The translations under genes and the position numbers were made by a program. From Octopus sinensis (taxonomy: Eukaryota): a stretch of DNA of 64,000 bases. The notes below the pieces were generated by a model that was not told the origin of the DNA, searched no databases, and saw only the letters and a list, made by a program, of their open reading frames with translations. Below are positions 63,784 through 64,000 of this stretch, in pieces; position 1 is the stretch's first letter, and each line of letters begins with the position of its first letter. Location of the stretch: positions 34,658,001 through 34,722,000 of the forward strand of contig NC_043001.1 in the NCBI RefSeq assembly GCF_006345805.1. The letters are read 5' to 3'.

Positions 63784-64000
63784 GGAGTCGAAATGGCCCA
63801 GTGGTTAGGGCACCGAACTCGCGGTCGTAGGATTGTGGTTTCGATTCCCAGACAGGGCGTTGTGTGTGTTTATTGAGCGAAAACACCTAAAGCTCCACGA
63901 TGCTCTGGCAGGGGATGGGGTGGCGTCCGCTGTTGTACTCTTTCGCTCCAACTTTCTCTCACTCTCTCTTCCTGTTTCTTGAGTTACGCTGCGATGGGGG
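63784..64000 (+). mobile_element. SINE family C, cut off by the window end
   Basis: aatggcccagtggttagggc...ggtttcgattcccagac...aaaacacctaaagctccacga. Confidence 0.9.

Overview
AT-rich, microsatellite-saturated animal genomic DNA. The tRNA-derived SINE families resemble those of octopod cephalopods (my recognition, not database-verified). I cannot support any host protein-coding exon: almost every ORF in the track is a microsatellite translation or a transposon remnant. The window is a gene desert or large intron containing: three SINE families (here called A, B, C); CR1/L2-group LINE fragments; two or three RLE-clade (R4/Dong/NeSL-like) non-LTR fragments; a deleted mariner; Tc1-like, hAT-like and TTAGGG-containing MITEs; Helentron-associated (HINE/DINE-1-like) elements; and a diverged 28S rRNA fragment. 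The most interesting signal is a set of short (TA)n-embedded repeats carrying type I hammerhead ribozyme motifs. The best is at 59681-59731; a second is at 60180-60245 and a decayed one at 33277-33329. Two copies of one such family are circularly permuted, and one begins at the predicted cleavage site. This suggests a retrozyme-like or Penelope-pLTR-like retroelement system using self-cleaved, possibly circular, RNA. Repeat boundaries were read by eye and are approximate to about 10 bp unless stated.
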